The translations under genes and the position numbers were made by a program. Below, piece by piece: positions 41,201 through 53,500 of a DNA stretch of 64,000 bases. The stretch covers positions 506,131 through 570,130 of the forward strand of contig NMRA01000053.1 of the NCBI GenBank assembly GCA_002633005.1, read 5' to 3'. Positions within the stretch are counted from its first letter, which is position 1; every line of letters begins with the position of its first letter. The notes below the pieces were generated by a model. That model saw only the letters and a list, made by a program, of their open reading frames with translations. It searched no databases and was not told the DNA's origin. This stretch comes from Phoronis australis. Its lineage: Eukaryota; Animalia; Phoronida.

Positions 41201-43779
41201 TGTAAATATGAAAAACGGCTGAGTTTCACTTTGTACTGGAAACACAGCGTCGCATTCGCAATACCCTACCTAAGATCCTTCTGAAGTGTATTAAGCTGAA
41301 CACGTAAACTGCGTTAAACGCTCATTCGAGGAACCAGAAAAACATGGAACGCCAACGTGTTCTTTTGAGAAGACACCTATTCAAGAGTGCATTGCACAAA
41401 CTACTGCAATGGGGATCGCCGTTCTACACAGCTTGCGTGATGTCTGAAAGTCACTGAAAGAACACGTTTGGTATTGATTTCCGTAGAAACAAGAATCTTC
41501 GGAAGGAAGCCACAAGCGTCCTCAGCTTCTGATCGTCCCCAATATTGTACTACAAGGTATGACACTCCGGACTAGAAATTCCACGGGTCCTTCACTTCAG
41601 CCGTCCATTGCAAACACAAAACTTGATAAATTTTCATAAAGCAGAGGTTCAACAAACAATGAGGAATTGTTCTTTCTCCCAATATCATTTACAGTGTCCA
41701 GCTCAACCGAGTTCGCTACAAATTCGCGGTCAAAGCACAAAAATCTTCCCAAAAGGTCGCTACGTAATAACAATATGCCACACGGAAATTGCCGGTTTGT
41801 CACGGAAGGTCACGTCATCAATAACTCCACGCTTAGCCAACAGGCGCTCGAATTTCCAGATCACTCATAACCATATATAAGAAACATAAACGTTGGACAC
41901 TTAAACTTTGCCAAGCCGAGTCTCCCAACTTCAACCGTTCAAAATCCAAATAAAATCTGCGTGCACCTCCCTCAGTCTGGTGTTGCATAAACCTTCGAAG
42001 CCTTATCTTTCCTAGATTCCATTAACTGTCTTCGTGAGTGGTGAATTGACGATGGAATTTCCGAAACAATCTCAAAACTCTGAATTCAAGGACCTGAAAT
42101 AGTGAACATGGCGGATTTCAGTTGTGCTTCAACTTGTACGCCTGTCGTAGGTGAAACTTCGAGTTTGAGCAAGCAACCTATATTTCAAATTCAATAATTC
42201 TAATCCAAAACTCAACTAATTGAGAATGTTAAAGTTAGTATTTTAATGATTATTTGTAACTTTATTCCACTGGCGGCTAATTTTAGCCCTTAACTTAGAA
42301 TTTTATTGCATAAACTGGCGTATCTTGTTTCTTCTCATCTTGACATCACGCACTTTTTTGATTGAAGCACAACACACACTCGGCCAGGAAACGCAGTCCG
42401 TGCAAGTATTACAACGAGTTAACTCAATGGTTTTGGCCAAAAGTAAAACCTTCATACGAAATCACAGTACACAAAAAACTTTGCATATCAATACAGTATC
42501 AGGATAATTTATATTTGACACAAATATCTGAGTAGTTACATTTATTTGGCAATGATATTTTAAAGTGCTCTCTGCTTCTCATGACCAAGTAGTCGAGGGA
42601 TTGACGGCGCGTGAAAATAGACTTTTGGATTTAGCTCGGGAGCGTCCGTTAAAAACCCGGATGTGTGAAGACCGTCTGCCATGACATCACGAAATGACTT
42701 CCTTGAATTTGTGATTTTGGCATTCTTTTGGCATTTTTGTCGCCAAATCACCACTCGAAGGCAATTTGAAGAGGTCAAATGAAAGAATTAAGGTATTCTA
42801 AGAGTTGTTCGATGGTAGTTTCGTGGAGTTCCATGCACATTTGAGTAGAAAATTCTGAGCAAACAGATTTCCTCTATGTTTTCTTACATATGGTAGTGAG
42901 TGACGTCATATGCGATCGAGGAACAGATAAACTCAAGCGCCTGTGACTTAGCCAGACCATTTCGTAACCTTCCGTGATGAACCGGCAATTGCCGTCGATT
43001 CGTAACTCATCGGATTATTTCGTACCCCACTTCACCTTGACCGCGTGAAGCATATTGCTAGTACGAAGCGACTTTTTGAGAAGATTTTTGTGCTTTGATC
43101 GCGAATTTGTTGCAAACTCGGTGGAGCAGGATACTGCCAATGGTATTGGGAGAAAGAACAATTTCTCATGGTTTGCTGAACTCTTGTTTTGTGTAAATTT
43201 ATAGAGTTTTGTGTTTCCTATAGTGTATCTTGGGGACGGTCAGAAGCTGAGAACGCCTGTGAAGGAAGCCAGGAAACGTGATCACGCAAGCGCCATATCG
43301 CGAGAAGTCTCGCGCATTCGTAGGGTTCACAACTCTACAGGTAGCCAATTTAATGTTCTAAGAACTCATACACAGCACTCCTTCATATTAAAATATGCGA
43401 GTGTCATGCAATCATTGATCTAGAACTGAACAGGCGAGTCTCCACTGCGGATATTTGTACTCTGGTACCGGCGGTAGACAACAATTTAGATTCTATATAT
43501 ATTCTTTTGTCATCGTAATTGAGCCTGTTCAATCAGCAACTTCCGGATTCCGGCACAGAACGAATGCATTGCTTAAACGAGTGCAACACAGGCATTCTCA
43601 AAAGAATACGTTTTCCAGGTTTCGTGTGCGCTGGCCTTAAGCGACTGCGACGTTTCGTGCATTACAACTTTTTATGATATAATACGTATACCCTTTTGTA
43701 GAAGTGTATGTCACCTTACAAATGTCTCTAATTTTCAGGTACTCAAGGCTCTGAGAAATGGATGAACTTCTTGTTTTAG
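38239..43779 (+). CDS. Candidate small secreted prepropeptide gene (about 55 aa, 3 exons: 38239-38341, 40822-40845, 43739-43779)
   Basis: TATAAA at 38159-38164. Exon 1 encodes the signal-peptide-like MWKNLVLIIVYLAIALLMVAMVAES-FSVERTQTR and ends C|gtacgt. Strong acceptor tttatcttcttctgttttcag at 40821, donor |gtaggt at 40846, acceptor ctaattttcag at 43738; all junctions are phase 1. Product: MWKNLVLIIVYLAIALLMVAMVAESFSVERTQTRHERSAGTSGTQGSEKWMNFLF*. Confidence 0.5.
39380..39862 (+). mobile_element. Old CR1/L2-like LINE 3' fragment
   Basis: NQVWG...LQVDQN resembles the post-RT region of CR1-group LINEs; ends aataaaaacttgattgattgatt. Confidence 0.4.
41511..43261. repeat. Long imperfect inverted repeat (arms 41511-41855 and 42929-43261)
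   Basis: The block gaagatttttgtgctttga.cgcgaatttgt.gc.aactcggt.gagc.gga.actg..aatg.tattgggagaaagaacaatt.ctcat occurs on opposite strands. Confidence 0.8.
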
Positions 43780-44676
43780 AAAAAGCTCTCTGTGAACCTG
43801 ATGGATACCAACTGCTATACTTAACAGACATTGCTATTCAGCGACAATTATTTGTAACTCAAATGAATGTAAAGGAATAATGGTTGTAAACAAATGCACG
43901 AAAAGAAATCGGTCAGTTCCATAAGAAACTTAGCTTACTGAATTTTCATGTTCTGACGGTGCAAAATGAAAATAAGAAAATCCATCGGAATTTTTATAAA
44001 ATGCAATTCTCCGCATGCTAAGTTGTTGACAGCTACGACGACATAAATCTACATTTTAGTTAGATTATCATGCTATGTGGTGTACAGTTATTTGTTACCT
44101 GGTGGAGGAAGTGGTGTAATTTGTTCCCAACATAATAACCAAACGAATATAAACCAACCATATGAATATTTATCAGACCATTTTGTCTTAAGTTCAAATG
44201 TCCTTGAACATTTTGTACATTTGCCATTTCACTGATATGATTACGTATGACAGACCCAAGCGTCTTTATGCACTTGTTCTTCAATTCTTTAAAAGGCACG
44301 AGATTTTTAATTTCCATAAGTACTAATAGTTAGACCCGTAAATAACAGAAATATTAGTTAGGAGTGTCTGAAACGTAACAACGATGACAAATGTAGTAAT
44401 AATCGGATAATACAAAACATAATTCGGCGAAACCAATAGAAAACGTTCCCTAAGGTCGGTTTTGATGTGTTGTAGCTGCACATTGCTTTGTCAAACAGGA
44501 ACGACGATTTCAGACAAGAATCGTCGACGTTTGACAAATGCCAAAACGTCTTTTACATTTCAGGTAATAGAACAGAATATATTATTTTATACCACAATAT
44601 TAGCCTCGAATGGCAGATACAACCGTGTAATAACCCATGAAGTTATCTCACTAGTGAGATAACATTTTGGCGGGAA

Positions 44677-44745
44677 ACCGAGGCCGGATTCGAACTCGGG
44701 CCTCAAGAGTTTCGAGTCGCCGACTTTACCACTACACCACTTAGC
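44677..44745 (-). pseudogene. tRNA-derived sequence (pseudo-tRNA or SINE head)
   Basis: A-box TGGTGTAGTGG and B-box GAGTTCGAATCC at tRNA spacing; the anticodon and acceptor stems pair poorly. Confidence 0.55.
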
Positions 44746-45293
44746 GGCTGACGTCATTGGATGTGAAAATAGAATATTTAAATGAGCACGCGCAACAATC
44801 GCATGTTCAGAAAAGGGCATTGCACCGACATTTATACGCTATGAAAAATAAGACGCATAATTTCCATAAAAACGATATTTTAATTCAGTGAAATTTTTTT
44901 CTCGTGTTCTCTCACTTATAAATCCCCGATCTCCAATTTGAATGCGGGTATCGTGTCGTCGGGATCCTTTGACTTGAGCATTATAGTCAGTTGATAGTGG
45001 TAACCTACTTTAGCAGACGATATTTTGCCGGTCGAAGCTTAGCGTGATAAAATGTGTAGTAAGCTATAATAGTTGCTAAACCTTAATTTATAGATTCAAT
45101 TTATTTCTATTTTGTTTAAATTTTCAATTGGTTTTGAGTATAAGCATCATTTGACAAAAATAGCTCGGCTTTTCTTAAAAGGTCACGACCTCCGACCCCG
45201 GGCCTCTGACATAGAAAGTAGTTACAAAGCCGAGGCGAGTCGAGAAAGGTAGATCGATTCATTGCAATGTTTCTCGTTCAGTATGTGGTATAA

Positions 45294-45415
45294 ATAGATT
45301 ATTACATGTTCTCAGTCGTTATCCCCCTTATCTAGAGCCCCGAGGGTGATATTTCTCCAAAATCCACTCGGGCTCTAGATAACGGGGGATAACGACTTCG
45401 CCATGTAATAACCTA
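45294..45415. repeat. Palindromic MITE-like hairpin
   Basis: ttattacatg...agtcgttatcccccttatctagagccc / gggctctagataacgggggataacgact...catgtaataa. Confidence 0.75.
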
Positions 45416-47026
45416 TATTTACATTTCGTATTAAGGTAGTGCATATTTTATTTTTTTCACTGCATATTATACGACGTTTAGTACTACAAGACAAGACATA
45501 ACAATGACACGCCATTTACAAGAAGAGGTATGGAACGCGAAAACTCGTAAGAATATTCTTAAACAGATCGTGACGAATCTTTATCTTGGAGATGCTGACG
45601 TGAGAGATGTTCACTTTAAATATTGCAAGAATTTCTAGAAAAATCGTCAGATTCACAATTTTTGAAATACAGACGAAATATAAACGTTCATTCCAGCCCA
45701 GTTTTCCACCCCTAATAATATCTATGCGCGCATGCGCTGCTGCTTGAAATCGCCATTTTTTGTTTGTATCAAAGTTAAAATGTAACGCTTTCTATGTAAG
45801 GAAAATGTGCTGCGTCTATGTCTTGCCAAATAAGAAGACGTGATTTGGCTTCTGGGAGAAAGATCAAAGAAATGACGAGCAGTTGACAGTCGTTCTTTGA
45901 AATTTTAAACTAAACAAAAAATTTTGACGTCTACAGAAATTTAAAATCTTTACGAACACACTGTAAAAATAACTCAACAATTAGACTTCTAATTCAATGG
46001 CAATTTAGATCTATTTCTCACCTTCTGTGTCACTTTAAAAGAATGGCAAGCGAGGAAAACTCTGGAGCCAAAGGCCCAGTTGTGCTCATCAAAGCAAGCA
46101 CGGCAAAGCAACTCACACATAGACACACAAGTCTCTTACAGCTGTACAAGAACAATGAACAGTAACTAAACCGAGAGCCCGAGTTCAGATTAAAAAGAAT
46201 TTCCTTAGCAGGGAAAAATATCTGCACAGTTGTAAAATGCACTTATTAGAAGCAGTTCTTGAACTATCTTGACCTAATCGATTATGGGGCATTATAGGAT
46301 ATAAGCACTTAACTACGGCCAAAATTTACAGCATTGCAGTCTCTGTATGAAACTCAGGCGACAATCATATCTACATCATTAACATGATAGAATTAATTAC
46401 GCGACGTTAAAAGCCTCTGCCAATGATAAAAACTAAATAAAACAATATCAAACATAAGACGACCGCTGATACAAAATGCATGAAAAGCCCAAAAAACTAA
46501 AGCATTGTTTAAGGTATTTTATCATGTGGAAAGGACTTTTAAGACTATATCAACATTCATCTTATTAAATTTTATACTGTATTAACATAAGAAATACAGT
46601 AGAGAGACCGCAACTGACAAACCTGGTACATGTTGTTGCATCTAAACCGTACATCACTGGGATCACTCCAAAACTCTACCAATTGACCTTTGTCTCATTT
46701 CAAGTCTTTCTTGAAAATTATTTCGTGAATATTTTAATTTGCTGTCCTAGACACACTCACACCAACACATAGACGCAAACAAAGAAACAAACACTGTCGG
46801 ATGCTAAGGATTTAAAAATATATAGTTGTGCAAGATGATAGGAAATAACAAGCAAATATCAAATTTGGTCAATTTGAAACTCTGCAGTTGCAACAAAATT
46901 TCGAAATCAACATTACTTGATTAACCTTGAAACAAACTCTCATACTGGCTACATGACAATCAGAAATGTTAATCTTTAAAAATATAAATTGTGTTCTGGT
47001 TATAGCTATCTATAGCATGTTTTATT

Positions 47027-47241
47027 TCAGTCTAGGGGAACATCCATATTTGGCAGTTGGGGAAGTTTCTGGTTTAACGCGTTTTCCACTGAATTCTCTT
47101 CGTTAGTGGGAAGAGATTTCTCCAAATCTTCCACCATCTTGTCACTTGCCCCTGCCGCTACATTCCCAATTTCTGGTTCGACGTCAGACGACTTTGTATG
47201 GAAACCAGTACTCATGGCGCTGTTTGCTTCTTGACCCCGCA
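47027..47241 (-). CDS. VWA-MIB-WWE gene terminal exon
   Basis: tttaag|; RGQEANSAM...LPNMDVPLD* followed immediately by AATAAA. Confidence 0.75.
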
Positions 47242-47520
47242 CTTAAAGGTGTAAAACAGTAATCATAAAATCATAGATACAAGAGACTATGGTGATCGAG
47301 ACTGGATAACTGGGCAATTAATATTTTAAAACTTGATGGCTTTAGAACTCTTCTAACCATAGGCAAATTTTCAAACATAAGCCGATACAGCGGTAAGCAA
47401 TACTTTATAATTTCCTTTTCTAACATCAACTTTTATAAATCATATGAGTATACTGGCATTGGTGCAGTCTCGAGAAGAGAGAGAGAGAGAGNTGGACGGA
47501 GGGAGGGAGGGAGGGAGAGA

Positions 47521-47571
<51 letters not shown>

Positions 47572-50500
47572 TGATAATTCTTGAAACATGTCAGCCATTC
47601 ATACGACTCACCAGTGCGATTAACTATAATTGTCCTGTTTTTATTTGAAGCTTCCATCTTTTCGAAGTTAAGGGTGTACCTGAAACAACATACAGTAACT
47701 TTCACTTTCAATCCCTTTTTCCAAAGCTGACATTGGGAAAACAAACGGAAGTGTGGATTAAAAAAATAAAAAATAAAAAAAAAAAAACAACGGAGAACAA
47801 CGAACACAGAAAGGTAGTAGAATATTCATACAGATAGATGTCTTTTAGAGAGTGCATTAGGGGATTGAGGGAAATTTGAACTTGTCTGTTATTTTCCAAA
47901 TTTTTGATCACCATAAATTAATATCATTTACAACCAAAATTTCTTTTCTGTACTGTACATGCTAATAAGTCCATTTATCTCAGCAATAAAATTCAAAATG
48001 TTACCCATAGGCTTATCAGGCGGGGGACAAGGTGCCAGTTATCCTCCCAGTTTTGATAAAAAACAGTTATAAAATGCCGGCAAATCGAAAAAAGTCGTCA
48101 ATGCTATTATTCCCCCCAAAACTACGTCCAAATGCGCTGTGCTACTTACTGTTCACCGTCTATTTCGATGTCCGTACACCCTTTCCGATTATCATTAAAC
48201 AAGATCTCTAACATGAGACACACGTCTTCATCAAATTGTCTAAAACAATTGCTATCATCGTCAAACTTCTGCCATACATGTCCGGCGTCTGCGGCTTGCT
48301 CCAACGGCAATGAAGCAGTCGGGGAACTCTGTCGGGCGACGCTGAAAAACGCACACACGCCATTTTTGTTAGCTGAAGCTAGACAATGAGTAGCTTAGAA
48401 ATAGTTTAACTCTCATACGAAGAACAGCAGGTGACAAAAACAATTTTGTGTGACATCACCAAAACCAGTTTTAATATCCCAAAACGCTGAATTGTCTTTG
48501 ATTTTACTGAACTTGAGGACGATGTGATCTGAGAAAAGGCCGATTCCGGAAACATATTATTGTCAATACATTTACAGAATCAATGCTTTAATTTGACTTT
48601 TGAGGAGAAAGTGGCTCAGTGGTTTTAGCTCGAGATTCACGTTTGATGGAAACGGATTCAAGTCTGGCTTTACTGGCTGACAATCGAGAACTGAAAAAAG
48701 GTACCCCCATGGTCATTTTTAATATTTAATGAATAAACCAAGGATAAGTACAGCGCGTATATATGAGAGGAAAGAACATTCATACGTACAGGCATACACA
48801 CATGCACACGAAGTTGTTTTTAATCAACCACGTATGCTCGTTAGGTAGATTAAGGTAAGAAACGGGATAATTGTCTCAAGTGCTTATTATACTCTTTGGT
48901 AAAACCGTTTTTCAAAAGCAGACAATTGTGTCAGTTGAATTTTTGTTTGAACAATCCAATAAAACCAAAGATATTTGGCATCACAAACTTGAATATTGTT
49001 TGATAAATGATTCTTTTGCATGTTAGCATAAACCAATTTAAAAAATTACCTCCTGTGTCGGAAATATTACCAAAAAGTATTTATCTTTTGATAACATGAG
49101 AATTAAATTTTCCTATCGCGAGAACACGGATCTCTATTTCTGTTTTACAGTCATAAAAATATGTTATAAAGTTTCAGTTTCAACTTCATAAAATGAACAT
49201 TTGCCAGAGTCCACTATCTAAATTTTATATAAATAACTGCTGGATACCAGAATTCTATGAAGAAATTTGTATTGCAAACATATCAAAGAAGTGTCTATAG
49301 TACAATCAAAAGGTAGAGAATAATATTTTTCTATGACTCTTCATCAAAAGCAAACCCTTTCTAGCACACTTAAATTGAGCTGTTGGAACAAAATTTTGTG
49401 GATTTCTACACAATAGATTGTAAAAGAATTACAGCCTGAGCTGTTAACAATATCACACTTACAGGACCAATGGTCTTACACAGTGTTCACTGCAGCATCG
49501 GCAGTGGCAGAGAATTCAATCAAGGTGTATGGACTGAAAGTTAACTGGGACAAGCCATTTGACGTGAGCCTGAGTTTCATGTATAGAAATCTATATGGGG
49601 ACAGATACAACGTCTGGGCCCACATCCCACGTAACATTACAGTCACTACATACGGTGTTGAGGATACGAAACACGTCTGGAAATTCTACCACTCTTGTAG
49701 ACATTGGCAATACGCCATAATACCATCGCGCACACTCTCGTCCAAAATCTTTCGTACATACTCACACAAGTCGCAAATCGTATTTGCCGCCCGCTCCGTG
49801 TCTATAGGCATTGCAATGTCCGTTAGGCCAACGTACCTACACAACAGAGTTTACTATTACTTGTCATACGTTGCATACAAACAATGCATACATATATTGA
49901 AAATAGTAGTAGTAGTATAAACATGGCCAAACAAGAAATCGGTAAGTACACAAACGAGGGACCAATACATGCCTAGCAAATAATCGTCAAAGTTGTTGAA
50001 CAAGACGTAGCTCCCGCAGTAAACAAATATGAACGTGTAAAAGAAAATAGGACACCATTAACCAGTAAGTTTCAAGAATTGTCACCGAGAAAATCCTTTG
50101 GGCATAAAAATGGTACTGTAGCTTTCACACTTAACTTACGTATACATGTCCAGAATCCTCAACCTTGTACACAGTGCCTACATTTCCGGAGCCACCATCT
50201 TGGTTTGACCATTTCCAGTCCTGACCTAAAAGGAAAAGGTTTTACATAAATACGCCAACTCTTGAAGGAGGAAGAGAGCAGTTTAAAACTTTTATTGATA
50301 TGAAAGACAACAAGAGCAACGCAGAGCGTTGAAATGCGCCCACAATTGCACCGCATACGGTATCCTTCTAGGGTTGTTTATTGGTACCATAAAGTGGCCA
50401 GCAGAGGGCATATATGTAGTATGTTCTACTTTGCAAAATGGAAAGGCATGGTCATTGTCTCCTCAATAGGCTAGGGGCAAAATGTGAGTAATCTTCATAA

Positions 50501-53500
50501 TACAAGCACATCCTATACACCAGTTGCTTAAAGCACCACAGAAAGAATTAAAAACAAATTTACCAACATACGAGCACAGCATTAGAATGCCAGAAACAAA
50601 TTTCTACTTGGAACTTTTCCTTCATAGTCACGAAGTAACACAAAGTATACACCTGAAGACCTATGAAAATACAGAGGTCAATGTAAAATACCAAAATTGC
50701 CACTAGAGGCAAATACTAAAATTGCCACTAGAGACATACCGGTAGTCAGAATCATCCTAAAGTCGTCATCGTCCGTTGTCAACATCACATAAATACACTT
50801 GCTAAATTTAGTAAAGATCCTGCAAACGGTTTGGGAGATACAGCCATGGGTGCAAAAAAACAAAACTGCCACTAGGAGGCGCCACAGAAGTCCAAATCGT
50901 CTGAAAATCATTGTCAGCTGTCTTCCATATAGTAAGCACATACACACCAATTTTCACAATCATCCTTTGAGCGGTTTGGTTGATAGAGGAGTGGACGCAA
51001 AAATACAGACTCGAAAACAGTAAAAATGGCCACTAGGTGGCGCAAACTATGTCGAATCCATCTGATAACGGGAGGATAGCGTCATCTCACTAATAGGTGC
51101 CTACATACCAAATTTCATGAAAATCCGTTCAGGACTTTTGAAGATACAAAGGTAAGCGTAAAAAACTAAAATTGCCACTAGGGGGCACACCGGTAGTCGG
51201 ATCCGTCCAAAAGTTCGCACATGCCGTCCCATTCATGAATGGAACATATGTGCCAAATATCATGAACGTATGTCAAAGGGTTTTGGAGATAGAGCAGCGG
51301 ACGCCGGACGCCGGACGCCGGACACCGGACGCCGGACGCCGCCCGGACGGACGGACGGACGGACGGACGGACGGACGGACGGACGGACGGACGGACGGAC
51401 GGACGGACAGAGATGACAGCATAATGCGTCCACATATAAATATGTGGGCGCATAAAAATTGTGATCGCAGGGATGTAAATTTATTTATTTATTTATTGTG
51501 ATATTTAAAATGAGGGTGGCCTCTTCAGTGATAGCACTGCTTTCCAAGATGGACCTAAACAACAAAAAGAGCAATATAATAGAATGAAGTAATAAAACAA
51601 CAATTAAATATACGTGAAAAAGATACAACTAAAACAGGTTGAGAATTAAGACAATAAATAAATGACAATCAATGGTGAAAATTTAACTAAGAGAGATGAA
51701 ATGACTCTAAACAGAGAGAGTATTTATGACAATGAGAAAAAATGACATGATTAAGACAAGTAGATAATTAAGATAAATGAAAGAAAAAAGATGCAGAAAA
51801 TGTACAGTCAGGCTTTGACGTAAGCATTTAATCCAGGTCTGTGACACTTAAACAATGGGAAAAAGTCTCGCTACATCTCTATAAGCCATTACGATTTCTG
51901 AAAACACTTTCCGTAGCTTATAAATATTGCAAGAGTTGTACTTTCCGTTTACGTTCGCCAGAGCTTATGCACAGGTTTTCTCGGCATCAAAACCGAGCTT
52001 AAGTTCCACTAGTGATACGAAACTGAGGCTTGAATTAACGAGAGATGGAAAAGAATTATTGGGAAAACATTGTGAACGTGCATGCTTTCTACATCAAACA
52101 AAGCCACCACATGATCATATGTGTCTTCTTGTGGAAAATAGAAAACATTCTGTTTAGCTATACAAAGACACGGAAAAACTAGTGAGAACAAAATAGACAA
52201 AAGAACTTGACTACAAAACTTTTTGGACCTACCTCTTTCAACTTGAACTCCAACTTTTAGGAATGGGTCGTTTGGATCGACGACACGAGGGTCTGTGGTC
52301 GTCATGACTTCATACTTCATGTTCCGTCCAAAATCATATCGATGCTGTGAACCACTTAAATCCCATTCAACTGTGACGGAATCTTAAATAGACCATGACA
52401 ATGAAGAAATTCTTTTCATTTGAAACAAATTTCCAATAACTTTCCATTGAGCTAAGTGTTGCTATGCCAATATTAGCACTAACGTTCGTGAACATCTCGA
52501 ACAGTATTTGCCCGTGTCCTTATGGTAGACTCTACGTACATAAAATAATTTTCAAGAACATTCAAAAGTGGTCGCATCAGTTTGTTCGTAGGTCTCCAAT
52601 GTACCCTTCCTCCAGAATGAATGTGACTTAAGTTTCGAAAAGTGCGTGGCGGCGAATGGTCCCAGTGAGATGCAAAGCCCATTGCCCCATTCGAGTATGG
52701 GAAGTGGGATCTGCCACTGCCTGGGCTTCGAAGGAGGCGTGGCGGTGAATAGTTGCAGCGGATGCGGAGCCTGGCGCCACAATGAAGTGTGATCTTAGTG
52801 TATGAAGAGTTTTGTATCATTGAATTTCAACCACTATAAGTTGAACTAGAAAACGTATAAGCCATGACAGGGCTTCAGACTACTCGTTTTTAGTCTAGCT
52901 GGAGCAGGAGAATTCAATTTAAAAATTGAATTCTCCTGCTCAAGGCACGTACAGAAAACGAAAAAAAATGAATTTATTTATATCTGATTACCTAACTTGC
53001 ATAACGAAATTTCGTTTACTATCGTTTATTATATTCTTGATCAGCGTAAATCAGTTGGATCGGCGTTAGCCGGCATAGCAAATAAATTACTCATACATTT
53101 CATGCAGACGACTACTGAGATAATTAGACTGGTCTATGGTTCATTAAACTGTTGACTATTTCGTGCAATATAATTCACATTGTTGTACGATCACTTTTGC
53201 AAACGTGAATACAGTTTTTCCACCCATTCCAGAGGTGTTCACTAGCACTTCGCCGTTTTAGAAAACTAATGTCAAGGTCATTGCCTGGTCCCGGACTGTA
53301 TTCAATAGCTGTGCATTGTCGAATAACCAGGCAGTACCGAATGTCGGTTCAGTCACTAAACCAATGCCAGGATGGAAAGGGATAACGAGATTATGATTAA
53401 CAAGCCAATAAGTTCAAAATCAGATTTTAAATTATTGTTTTGGGGTTTGACCCACAAACGTGGACAGTAGCTATGTAACTCGTGCAATGCGTAGTAATTT

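Noticed and set aside
43756-43779. WMNF as a gastrin/CCK (WMDF-amide) homolog
   Set aside because: There is no Gly-basic amidation signal and no upstream Tyr, and the peptide continues LF*. A four-residue resemblance is not evidence.
44677-44745. Functional tRNA gene
   Set aside because: The anticodon and acceptor stems do not pair properly; kept only as tRNA-derived sequence.
45720-45760. NRF1-like GCGCATGCGC plus YY1-like CGCCATTTT as a host promoter
   Set aside because: No linked exon or ORF was found, and it follows a TTAA-GGTAG end suggestive of a transposon relic.
51172-51501. ORFs with RTDG/SVRP repeats
   Set aside because: They translate the (GGAC)n microsatellite of the HINE-like element.
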